Positions 10,246-18,491 of a stretch of 64,000 bases of DNA are shown in pieces. The stretch lies in NCBI GenBank assembly GCA_949291455.1, contig CASEVQ010000002.1, positions 5,763-69,762 on the forward strand, in the 5' to 3' direction. Source of the stretch: an uncultured bacterium (GTDB lineage: Bacteria; Bacillota_I; Bacilli_A; RF39; UBA660). The translations under genes were made by a program, and so were the position numbers. Within the stretch, counting starts at the first letter, position 1. Every line of letters begins with the position of its first letter. Below the pieces are notes generated by a model, which had not been told where the DNA came from, did no database searches, and was given only the letters and a program-made list of their open reading frames with translations.

Positions 10246-10702
10246 ATACTTTAATGTCGTTCAAATTATAGGTAATATTTTATTATTAATATCAGTCATA
10301 GGTAGTTTTGTAGCGACTGGAGAAATACAGAACACAATGATAGGTCTATTTTGGTTTGCATTAACAATTAATATGTTAGGAATTACTTATTTCTTTGCTA
10401 CTTGGACAAAGGGTGGTATAAATGCAGATGTAAAAAAATCAAAACAGATATTTAATGATTTAGACAACGTTGCAGTTACTCTAATTGTTGGTTATATGTT
10501 AGCTTACTTAATAATTATGTTTATAACTAATATGTCTAATGATATTAGAAATAATTTCTATTTAATTGGTGGTTCTTACATACTTACAGTTTTTGTAGAA
10601 GTTATATTATTTACAGTAGTAGAAAAGGCATATAAAGAAACAATAAAATTAGTGAAAAAAAATAATATAGGTAAAAATGACAGGAGTGACAGAAAAAAAT
10701 AG
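10229..10702 (+). CDS. small integral membrane protein
   Basis: The ATG at 10229 follows the RBS aaggagagg. There are four predicted hydrophobic helices. Confidence 0.45.
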   Translation: MKEKIKYFNVVQIIGNILLLISVIGSFVATGEIQNTMIGLFWFALTINMLGITYFFATWTKGGINADVKKSKQIFNDLDNVAVTLIVGYMLAYLIIMFITNMSNDIRNNFYLIGGSYILTVFVEVILFTVVEKAYKETIKLVKKNNIGKNDRSDRKK

Positions 10703-10784
10703 GAGATACCCTCCCAAATGTGCTGTCATAGTGTCATTTGTAATATCAAAAATAAACACCATAAGCTATGAACTTGTGGTGTTT

Positions 10785-11099
10785 TTATATTGAAATTATT
10801 TCAAGAGGGTTTTCATTTGTTATTTTTAGTTTATATTTATTTTCTAATAATTGCTTTATTTTATCGTAATCACAGTCGGCTACATAAAATTGTGATAAAT
10901 CATTTAAAGCAGAGAAAACAATATCATCCATTTGCTCTCTAAAAAGAAAATTGTGTTTTATTCTTTCAGCAATATAATAACTAACATATTCCTCTAAAAT
11001 ATTATTATCTTTAAAATGTTTAGTAAAAGCATTATCAAAGGTTTCGACTAATTTATCAAATTCTTCATTAGTTACTTGGTTTATATCATCTCTTATCAT
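10785..11099 (-). CDS. hypothetical protein
   Basis: This is a 104-aa ORF with no recognisable motif. Confidence 0.4.
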   Translation of the reverse strand: MIRDDINQVTNEEFDKLVETFDNAFTKHFKDNNILEEYVSYYIAERIKHNFLFREQMDDIVFSALNDLSQFYVADCDYDKIKQLLENKYKLKITNENPLEIISI

Positions 11100-11119
11100 T
11101 TGTTGTTCCTCCTAAAAAA

Positions 11120-11410
11120 TTAATTAGATTTATTTTTCATATTTTGTATAAAATCATCAATTAATTGTTCTAACTTTCTTACATCTTCTTTTGTTACTAG
11201 ATAATTGTAATCTTTTTTTGATTTTAATACGTTATAGATTATTTCTTCATAGTCTATACTGGTATTTTGTTTTTTTAAAACTAACTTATTGTTATTTAAA
11301 GTAATATTAATTAAATCATAATCTTTTATATTTAATATTTTTCTATACTCTCTAGGAATAACAATTCTTCCTAGATTATCAATTTTTCTAGTAAATCCAA
11401 CATTTTCCAT
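11120..11410 (-). CDS. AbrB/MazE/SpoVT-family DNA-binding protein
   Basis: The N-terminal GFTRKIDNLGRIVIPREYRK is a swapped-hairpin AbrB-type motif. Confidence 0.6.
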   Translation of the reverse strand: MENVGFTRKIDNLGRIVIPREYRKILNIKDYDLINITLNNNKLVLKKQNTSIDYEEIIYNVLKSKKDYNYLVTKEDVRKLEQLIDDFIQNMKNKSN

Positions 11411-11436
11411 TTTCTACACCCTCTACGTTATTAATT

Positions 11437-11479
11437 TTATGCGAATATCGCATAAAAGTCAATATGCGACAAACGCATA
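11437..11479. promoter_or_regulatory. operator palindromes TTATGCGA-ata-TCGCATAA (11437-11455) and TATGCG-acaaa-CGCATA (11463-11479)
   Basis: The inverted repeats lie in the divergent promoter region between the abrB-like gene and the XRE gene. Confidence 0.5.
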
Positions 11480-11504
11480 ATATAAAATGTTCTTGGTGGT
11501 AGAT

Positions 11505-11705
11505 ATGGAACGATTAAGAGATTTAAGAGAAGATAAAGATTTAACACAACAAGAAGTAGCTGATATGTTAGGTTGTTCTCAAACTACATACTCAAGATAC
11601 GAAACTGGCGACTTAAATGTACCTATAGATATATTAAAAAAGTTAGCAAAGTTTTATAAAGTTAGTATTGATTATATTGTAGGAATAACTAATAAAAAGA
11701 ATTGA
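11505..11705 (+). CDS. small XRE-family HTH regulator (paralog 1)
   Basis: The start is set at the ATG at 11505 (MERLRDLREDKDLTQQEVADMLGCSQTTYSRYETGD), following the RBS ggtgg. Confidence 0.7.
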   Translation: MERLRDLREDKDLTQQEVADMLGCSQTTYSRYETGDLNVPIDILKKLAKFYKVSIDYIVGITNKKN

Positions 11706-11709
11706 TTAA

Positions 11710-11730
11710 TCTATGCGAATATCGCATAGA
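11710..11730. promoter_or_regulatory. operator palindrome TCTATGCGA-ata-TCGCATAGA
   Basis: It has 9-bp perfect arms and the same core as 11437-11455. It lies upstream of the second XRE paralog. Confidence 0.5.
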
Positions 11731-11787
11731 TTTTAACTTATATAACTGGCTTAATCTAAAATTACTTTAGAGAAAGTAGATGTTAAT

Positions 11788-12018
11788 ATGGAAAGAATTA
11801 GAAACTTAAGAGAAGATAAAGATTTAAGTCAAAATGAAATTGCTAAAATATTAAATTGCTCGCAAACAACTTATTCAAGATATGAAACAGGTGATCTAAA
11901 TATACCAGTTGACTCTTTAATTAAGTTAGCAATATATTTTAATACTAGCATTGATTATTTAACTGGACTTACTGATGAAAAAAAGCCTTATAAAAGGTCA
12001 ATAAGAACAGATAAATAA
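11788..12018 (+). CDS. small XRE-family HTH regulator (paralog 2)
   Basis: MERIRNLREDKDLSQNEIAKILNCSQTTYSRYETGD is about 65% identical to paralog 1. Confidence 0.7.
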   Translation: MERIRNLREDKDLSQNEIAKILNCSQTTYSRYETGDLNIPVDSLIKLAIYFNTSIDYLTGLTDEKKPYKRSIRTDK

Positions 12019-12126
12019 ATTATTATATTAAAGAGTAAGTAGTAGGTTGTAATCTACTATTTTTATTTTGTATTTAATGATATAATTATCTAAATAATAA
12101 TTAATTTGTAGTATCGGAGGGTAATA

Positions 12127-12861
12127 ATGAAAAGGGTAATAGTTGGACTTTTAATAATAGCTATAGTAACAGGTTGTAGTTCAAAAAATAATTTTAATAT
12201 CGAATATGAAAATCAAAATGAATGTAATAAACCTAAATTGCTTTTATCAAAAGATGGTAGAAACATTTATACTTATTGTATTGAAAATATAACTATTGAA
12301 ATGAAAAATAGAAAAGCTGAATTAAAAAGTTATATTGAAGATAATAGCAATGCTATAAACGAAATAATAGACATATTAAAACTAGAAGATATTTTAAAGG
12401 ATGGCGGTACTCAAATCTATAGGGGAGATATAACTTTAATCAAATGTAATACATTGGATGGTAATAAAGATATTTATATTGGAAATAATAATATGAAGCA
12501 TAAACAAAACTTTTGTAAAGATAACAATTATACTTTTATAAGAACTTATACGGTAAAAGATATATCAAAATATACTGAACAACAATATGATGAAGATGGG
12601 AATCCAGTTTCTTATGGAAATTCTTTTAAGGTAGAACTAAATGAATTCCAAGGAGAAACAAAAACAGTTATCATAAATAATTTATGGGATGTAACATTAG
12701 AAAAAAATAAAACTTATGAATTTGAGTTTATGATTAATGAAGATGTGACTAATGTAAAAGATGAACTAGAAGATATTTTTAAAAACTCAACTATTGTAGG
12801 TGTTAAAGAAACAACTAAAACAGGTTTAGAACAAATACAAGAGCCAATGGTCAAACAATAA
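12127..12861 (+). CDS. lipoprotein (cargo)
   Basis: The signal peptide MKRVIVGLLIIAIVTGCSS contains a lipobox. Confidence 0.5.
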   Translation: MKRVIVGLLIIAIVTGCSSKNNFNIEYENQNECNKPKLLLSKDGRNIYTYCIENITIEMKNRKAELKSYIEDNSNAINEIIDILKLEDILKDGGTQIYRGDITLIKCNTLDGNKDIYIGNNNMKHKQNFCKDNNYTFIRTYTVKDISKYTEQQYDEDGNPVSYGNSFKVELNEFQGETKTVIINNLWDVTLEKNKTYEFEFMINEDVTNVKDELEDIFKNSTIVGVKETTKTGLEQIQEPMVKQ

Positions 12862-12883
12862 TTATAAATTAGGAGGAATGATT

Positions 12884-13336
12884 ATGAAAAAGACAATGCT
12901 AGCTATTCTACTATGTGGAGTTATGTTATTAGGAGTTACTGGGTGTGGAACTACAAATGAGTTTGATATAGGGAATGTATCAAATCTTGAAATTAATAAT
13001 AACAATAATGTTACATTATCTGTTAAGGATGGGACATTAGAAAACACAAGTGCTACATTAATTCTTGAAAATAACACCGATAAATTATTGCGTTATGATG
13101 AGTATTATAAAATGGAAATAAAAAAAGATAATGAATGGCACACAATTAATGTTGAATTATATTTTAATGATCCACTTTGGGGAGTAAATCAAAACTCTAA
13201 AGAAGAAATTGAATTAAACTGGGAACATGGATATGGCAAATTAGCACCCGGAGAATATAGAATAATCAAAGAAGTTTATTTTGAAAATGAAGAAGAACAA
13301 GAATTTAACATATCGGCAGAGTTTACTATTAAATAA
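12884..13336 (+). CDS. lipoprotein (cargo)
   Basis: The ATG at 12884 lies 7 nt after the RBS aggagg. The lipobox is MKKTMLAILLCGVMLLGVTGCGT. Confidence 0.5.
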   Translation: MKKTMLAILLCGVMLLGVTGCGTTNEFDIGNVSNLEINNNNNVTLSVKDGTLENTSATLILENNTDKLLRYDEYYKMEIKKDNEWHTINVELYFNDPLWGVNQNSKEEIELNWEHGYGKLAPGEYRIIKEVYFENEEEQEFNISAEFTIK

Positions 13337-13370
13337 TAAATTACAATTCATTGAAAGGAGTAAGTAAACA

Positions 13371-13571
13371 GTGAGAAAAACTTTATCAGTTATAGGAGTT
13401 GCAATACTATCATTACTAATAACATTTTTTATATTTGAAATAATGAGTTGGTATGATTTTGGTAGTCCTATAACAAATGTAGTATTATTTAGAATAATTA
13501 TATGTTTTGTTATAATATTCATCATTTTACTAGGATTAATGTTAATAATAAAAAGACAAAGGAATAAATAA
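13371..13571 (+). CDS. small membrane protein
   Basis: It has a GTG start after the RBS aaggag. The 66-aa product has two hydrophobic helices. Confidence 0.35.
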   Translation: MRKTLSVIGVAILSLLITFFIFEIMSWYDFGSPITNVVLFRIIICFVIIFIILLGLMLIIKRQRNK

Positions 13572-13597
13572 TTTTAGGTGCTATTTAGGTGCTAAAA
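13571..13597. repeat. 27-bp direct repeat (putative attR), identical to 5079-5105
   Basis: The match to 5079-5105 is exact. Confidence 0.75.
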
Positions 13598-13712
13598 AGT
13601 TAGAAAACTTTTAAAATTATTTAATTTATGTTGGTATAAAATAAACAAAAAAAGTTAAAAAATAAGGGAAAAATGAAGCTGTAAAATAAAAAGCGACTAA
13701 ACAACTTCGCCC

Positions 13713-13808
13713 CCTGAAGGGCATCGTCGAGAGACGGTGTCCACTTTTTTTATGCGTGTTTGCGTTATAATACACAAAAGTACACAACTTTTATAAATGA
13801 ATAAGTTT
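13713..13808 (+). repeat. ~96-bp direct repeat copy A (GC-rich terminator hairpin + T7 + TTATAAT promoter-like segment)
   Basis: It is about 93% identical to 24438-24533. The hairpin gggcatcgtc-gaga-gacggtgtcc shows a compensatory G.U to A-U change between the two copies. Confidence 0.8.
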
Positions 13809-13846
13809 TTCGTGTTATAATAACAAATTAGAAATGAGTTGATGTT

Positions 13847-15199
13847 GTGTATAAAATTGTCTTACTAATTGATGTAAAAAATAGTAATTTTATTGTTGAA
13901 AAAAGAAACAATAATTGGTTTTTGCCAACTTTATCAAATGTCGAGAATATAGATAAAATACATGAGAGAATCATGAATAAATATAACTTTGATGTTAAAA
14001 ATATCAAGTTGATTATTAAAGAAAAAAATGTTTTGTTTGTAAGATGTAATTTGCAAAGTGAGAACTTTGATAAAAAAAAATTTAAGATAGAAGTGCTTAA
14101 TGAAATTGCTTCTATAATAAATAACAAAAAACAAAAGGAATTGATAACGAATCTTTTAGTTAGGATTGGCTTTGAAATGCTTAACGATTCTTTTTGGCTT
14201 GGTATTATTTTGACAACGGAAGATAATTTGAAAGACATGACATTAAAGGTTCTTTTATCTGATTTTTTAGTTTTCTTTTCATCTATTTTTTGTGAAGAAT
14301 TATTAACATATAAATTTGGTGGGATAAAAAATGATTTAAATATTACTGAAAAACAGATAAAGAAAATTAGAAATTCATATTTAAAAAGTTGCCCATTATT
14401 TGACTCGGATAAAAGTAAGAAAATAATTGATGAAATGGGTATTGATTTAAATTCGACAATATATGATTGTGTTCTATTTTTTGTTAATAAGGATTTGATT
14501 GATATTAACTTTAGAACATGGCAAAATCGTGAACAAGAAATGTACGAAATACTTAATGGTATAGTGTTATCACCAAGAAGATGGATTAAAAATTGTTATC
14601 CCCAATTTGATTCCTTTTTTGAAGAAATAAGAAAATCATATGTAGATTATTTTATAGAAAGGTTTAATAAAATTGAGGTGGAACCTAAATCATATTCAAC
14701 ACATAAGTTATTTAGAAATAGTAAACTTTCAGACAATGAAAAAACTTATATATTACAGAGAATAGGATTGTTGAAAACAACTTTATTAATATCAAAAACT
14801 TTTGGCCATGGTAATTTTATTTCAACAAAAATTGAAAGTGAATTTAAACTAAGTTTTGATAATTATTTATTAAAAGTTAAAGCAACTATTATTGAGATGA
14901 TATGGAATGATTATAATCAAAATAAAGAGAAATTGTTATTTTTAAAAGATGTTCTTAATAATTATCCTAAAGATATTTCTGAAGATTTTTTCAAAATTAA
15001 TAGAAAATGCCGTGATAATATTCATTATGGTTATTATCACGATATTACTCAAGGAGAGATTGCTATTTTAGACAAGTATCAAGAAATGTATATTAGTTAT
15101 GTTATAAAAGAATTTGATAAAGAAATAGAATTTAAATGTGATTTGAGTTATATAATAGGATTATCACTTGCTAAATTACAATATTGGGCATCACATTAA
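13847..15199 (+). CDS. hypothetical protein (450 aa)
   Basis: The ORF has a GTG start. There is a weak N-terminal resemblance to a NUDIX-like W.LP. segment but no confident domain. Confidence 0.45.
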   Translation: MYKIVLLIDVKNSNFIVEKRNNNWFLPTLSNVENIDKIHERIMNKYNFDVKNIKLIIKEKNVLFVRCNLQSENFDKKKFKIEVLNEIASIINNKKQKELITNLLVRIGFEMLNDSFWLGIILTTEDNLKDMTLKVLLSDFLVFFSSIFCEELLTYKFGGIKNDLNITEKQIKKIRNSYLKSCPLFDSDKSKKIIDEMGIDLNSTIYDCVLFFVNKDLIDINFRTWQNREQEMYEILNGIVLSPRRWIKNCYPQFDSFFEEIRKSYVDYFIERFNKIEVEPKSYSTHKLFRNSKLSDNEKTYILQRIGLLKTTLLISKTFGHGNFISTKIESEFKLSFDNYLLKVKATIIEMIWNDYNQNKEKLLFLKDVLNNYPKDISEDFFKINRKCRDNIHYGYYHDITQGEIAILDKYQEMYISYVIKEFDKEIEFKCDLSYIIGLSLAKLQYWASH

Positions 15200-15240
15200 A
15201 AAAGTATGTTATAATAGTTAGCCAAGGGAAGTGACTATCT

Positions 15241-15510
15241 ATGATTATTTATACTTGTAGAACTAAAAAGATTCTAACAACACCAGACTTTATATATAAT
15301 ATTTCAAATGAATATAAAATGTTTGCATACAATTCAGATTTAATGAGTAATTGTGGATGTATAGAGAAACAAGATTTAGTCACAAAGGATGTTTATTATA
15401 CTTATAATACATTGGTTAGTTTTAACAATTCATTGGATAATGGAAACAATAATGCTTTTGATTTATTAAAGGATTATTTAGAAAATCATCCAGTGTTAAA
15501 GTCAATATAA
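15241..15510 (+). CDS. hypothetical protein, probably truncated by the IS insertion
   Basis: Its stop codon at 15508-15510 lies inside the left inverted repeat of the IS21-family element. Confidence 0.35.
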   Translation: MIIYTCRTKKILTTPDFIYNISNEYKMFAYNSDLMSNCGCIEKQDLVTKDVYYTYNTLVSFNNSLDNGNNNAFDLLKDYLENHPVLKSI

Positions 15511-15553
15511 AAATGTGCAAAAAGTTGAAAATAAAAATGTACAAAAAATTTAC

Positions 15554-16324
15554 TTAACTTTGCATGGTTTCAGAGACATCTGAATCCATTTTTAACTTAT
15601 CTTTTAAACGATATGAATTACCATTTATATTAATAATATATGAATGATGTAATAATCTATCTAAAATTGCATTAGCTAATGTTACATCATTAAATATTTC
15701 ATGCCATTTTCCAAATGGTTTATTTGTCGTTATTATAGTTGAATGTTTTTCATATCGCTTATTAATTAATTGAAATAACATATTCGCTCCATCCAAATCC
15801 ATTGGTAAAAATCCAACTTCATCTATTATCAACAATTTATATCTTGCATAATGGTTCAATCTATTTATAAATCTATTTTCAGATTGGGCTTTTTTTAAAT
15901 TAGCTATTAAATCATTACAATTTATAAAGTAAGTTGAATTCCTATTTTGGGCTGCTTCTATCCCTATGGATGTTGCTAAATGTGTTTTTCCCACTCCTGG
16001 TGAACCTACAAAAATAATGTTTTCATTATTTTCGATAAATCTTAAATTTTTAAAATCTAATATTTGTTCCTTATTTATTGTTGGCTGAAAAGAAAAATCA
16101 AAGTCATCAAATGTTTTCAAAAAAGGAAAATCAGCAGTTCTTACACAACCATAAATTGCTTTTTCGTTTCTTAATTCTATTTCTAGATTAGTTAATTCAT
16201 ATAATGCTTCTACAACATCTTTTTCTTTATTATTAATTAAATCTATATATTTATCTAAGTTTTGTTTTATCTTTTCTAATTGTAGTATTTCTAAATTATT
16301 TAGTAATTTTACATAGTTATTCAT
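15554..16324 (-). CDS. istB: IS21-family helper ATPase IstB
   Basis: It has Walker A GSPGVGKTHLATSIG and Walker B LLIIDEVGF, with the typical IstB C-terminus. Confidence 0.85.
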   Translation of the reverse strand: MNNYVKLLNNLEILQLEKIKQNLDKYIDLINNKEKDVVEALYELTNLEIELRNEKAIYGCVRTADFPFLKTFDDFDFSFQPTINKEQILDFKNLRFIENNENIIFVGSPGVGKTHLATSIGIEAAQNRNSTYFINCNDLIANLKKAQSENRFINRLNHYARYKLLIIDEVGFLPMDLDGANMLFQLINKRYEKHSTIITTNKPFGKWHEIFNDVTLANAILDRLLHHSYIININGNSYRLKDKLKMDSDVSETMQS

Positions 16325-16327
16325 CTT

Positions 16328-17535
16328 TTATACCTCATTAAGTTTATTTATTAGTTCTAAATTCTTTTTAGAATTTTCATCTATTTCATTTTTATTTTTA
16401 TATTTTAATAAAGTCATTAACCCTTCAGAGTAGTGTTCATCCTTATAATTAATATATTTATTAGAAATATCATGTATAGTTATTAATTCTTTGTTATAAT
16501 ATACATAAAGTTTATTATTTTCTTCTCTTAAATTTAGAGTTCGATTAATAAACTTTATGGGTACTGAATATTTAGAACCTTTATAATAAAATAATGATTC
16601 GTTTGATACCTTAGTAAGTAAAGTATCATATAAATAATTATTCATTATTTTATTGTTAGGAAGAGGTTTTAAATATTCTTTTTCTTTTTGAAATAACATA
16701 ATTGGTGGCATACCAATTTTTTCATTTGTTTGTCTATTTACTTTTAGGTTTATTTCTTTAATTATATTTATTAATTCTTCCTCAGTTTCAAATTCACCAT
16801 TATATGGAATTAACCAACTAAGAAATCTATTACATGACTCATCTTTACCTTTAGTATATGCATGTCATGGCTTACATTTTTTAGGAATAAACCCCATATC
16901 TTTAGAGAACATAATAAAATCTTTATTGAATTCTTTCTTTTAGCATCTACTATACTACTCATGTTATCAGTTAAAGTTTCTTCTGAAACTCCACCAATGT
17001 ATTGAAATGTTTTAACTAAACATCTTTCAACATCTAATCTTGTTTTATATTTACTATATATAAATACATGTAATCTACTTGCACTTAAGGTAGAAGAAAA
17101 TATATTAAATTCAAAAATTTTCCCAGATTTACTAAACATTTTTATATCTTCTTTCCAATCAAATTGTAATTGTTTACCATATTCAGTTTCATATCTAGGA
17201 TGAAATTTATTTTTATTTTTATTGGTTTTAAATTCTTTAGAATATTTATAAAAATTAGAATAGTTACCTATATTATTATCTATCTCTTTAAAATATTCAT
17301 AAGTTCCTTTTATAGTAGAACCTGGTAATTCTAACTTAGTTTTAATATCTTCTTTATATTTATCTAATTTAGATTCTTTATTTCTATTTTTAGGTTTACC
17401 TTCATAGCCATTATCATATTTATTTACTGTTCTTCGATCACAATTATGTAATCTAGCTAACTCAGAATAATTTGGTTTCATATTTTCTGTTTTCAATATT
17501 ATCAACTCCTGTTTTAGTTTATTTAAATTCTTCAT
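16328..17535 (-). pseudogene. istA: IS21-family transposase IstA, disrupted by frameshift(s)
   Basis: The N-terminal HTH and DDE part (ORF 16810-17568, real start at the ATG at 17535 after ggagg) and the C-terminal part (16328-16711) are in different frames. They are separated near 16712-16810. Confidence 0.7.
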
Positions 17536-17840
17536 GTTATACCTCCGTTTTAAACTAAAGTATAACAAAAAGAATGTACAAAAATGTTCATTTTTATATT
17601 ACATTTTTTGTACATTTTTATATTATCATTAACATTACGGCATTAATAATGATGATTTATTCAATTTATGCTATAATTCAAGAAAAACAAAAGTCAAAAT
17701 ATTATAAAAAGACTATATTATATGAAACAAATTATGATAAATATTTTACAATGGTAAGAAAGCAAAAAATAGTGGTTTTAAAAAAGAGACTACAACTACC
17801 GTTTTTAAAATTTTTTAGTTAAAATAAAGAGGTTAATAAG

Positions 17841-17933
17841 ATGGAAAGAATACAATTGCAGTATATTCTTTTTGGTATGTGTACTATATCAGGTCTTGTC
17901 TTTATAATATATCTTTTAAAAAATAAAGATTAG
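17841..17933 (+). CDS. possible 30-aa hydrophobic peptide MERIQLQYILFGMCTISGLVFIIYLLKNKD
   Basis: The RBS aaagagg lies 8 nt upstream of the ATG. It is below the ORF-track size cutoff and is speculative. Confidence 0.2.
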   Translation: MERIQLQYILFGMCTISGLVFIIYLLKNKD

Positions 17934-18207
17934 GGATTAGATTATGATGAAATTATTGCAATGATGAAAGAACAAACAGAAGATAATTTAAATGTATTAA
18001 AAAGAAAAGATAAAGAGATTAATGAAATTGAAAAAGAAATATTAATTTGTAAAAAAGAATTAGGAATAAAACCTTTTAAAAAAGGTTGAAAAAGGTTAAA
18101 AAAGCAAAAAATTACGCTATTGTTATTGCCTTTTTAAAAATTATATATATAATAAATTCAAATTGTTGGGTGTGTTTGCCCACTTTATATTATATATTGA
18201 TTTGAAA

Positions 18208-18242
18208 GGTGGCAAGCACGTGTGTTTTTTGCCCCCTTTTTT
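18208..18242 (+). terminator. leader hairpin + T6 upstream of the peptide/rSAM operon (terminator or attenuator)
   Basis: The stem ggtggcaa / ttgccccc is followed by TTTTTT. Flanking it are two copies of GTGTGTTT(TTT)GCCC. Confidence 0.3.
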
Positions 18243-18305
18243 AGTACACAACATAGGAAACTATGTATTTATAAAATTTTTTAAAGAGTGAAAGGAGGAT
18301 TTTGT

Positions 18306-18440
18306 ATGAAGAAGATGGCTATTAAAAATGACATTGTAAAAAATTTAAAGACAAAACTTTCAAATCAAAAAATCAAAATTTCTTTTGGTAATAAGATAGG
18401 ATTGGGTTACGACGGTTGCGGAACCCATACTCACAAATAA
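18306..18440 (+). CDS. unannotated 44-aa RiPP-like precursor peptide MKKMAIKNDIVKNLKTKLSNQKIKISFGNKIGLGYDGCGTHTHK
   Basis: A strong RBS aaggagg lies 7 nt upstream of the ATG, and the ORF ends 51 nt before the radical SAM gene. It has a Lys-rich leader-like N-terminus and a Gly/Cys/His/Thr-rich C-terminal core. Confidence 0.55.
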   Translation: MKKMAIKNDIVKNLKTKLSNQKIKISFGNKIGLGYDGCGTHTHK

Positions 18441-18453
18441 TTTTTTAAAATCA

Positions 18454-18486
18454 ACCTCCTATGTTGTGTAATTATTTATTGGAGGT
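18454..18486 (+). promoter_or_regulatory. hairpin pairing anti-SD ACCTCC with the rSAM RBS GGAGGT
   Basis: 6-bp complementary arms at 18454-18459 and 18481-18486 are separated by a 21-nt AU-rich loop. The hairpin sits immediately before the ATG at 18492. Confidence 0.35.
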
Positions 18487-18491
18487 AAGAT

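Larger units (their letters stand above)
5079..13597. mobile_element. integrative mobilizable element (~8.5 kb) bounded by 27-bp direct repeats
   Basis: An integrase gene lies next to one repeat. The element also carries a Mob/Pre relaxase, an AAA_25-like replication ATPase, a DUF3173 protein, regulators and cargo. Perfect direct repeats mark both ends. Confidence 0.75.
15504..17624 (-). mobile_element. IS21-family insertion sequence (~2.1 kb)
   Basis: The 20-bp terminal inverted repeats AATATAAAAATGTRCAAAAA sit at 15504-15523 and, as reverse complement, at 17605-17624. Extra TGTACAAAAA sub-repeats occur near both ends. The element carries istA and istB. Confidence 0.75.

Noticed and set aside
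12862-14238. Minus-strand ORFs 12862-13077, 13241-13525, 13828-14238 and 13934-14134
   Set aside because: They overlap well-supported + strand genes (lipoproteins, the 450-aa ORF) and have poly-Phe/Ile composition typical of AT-rich antisense.
17574-17822. 82-aa ORF spanning the right end of the IS21 element
   Set aside because: It starts inside the terminal inverted repeat, has no RBS and encodes an Ile/Phe/Tyr-rich product. It is probably spurious.
17960-18088. Apparent small ORF MMKEQTEDNLNVLK… between the IS and the peptide operon
   Set aside because: On careful base counting the frame hits TAA after 17 codons, so it is not a second precursor peptide.
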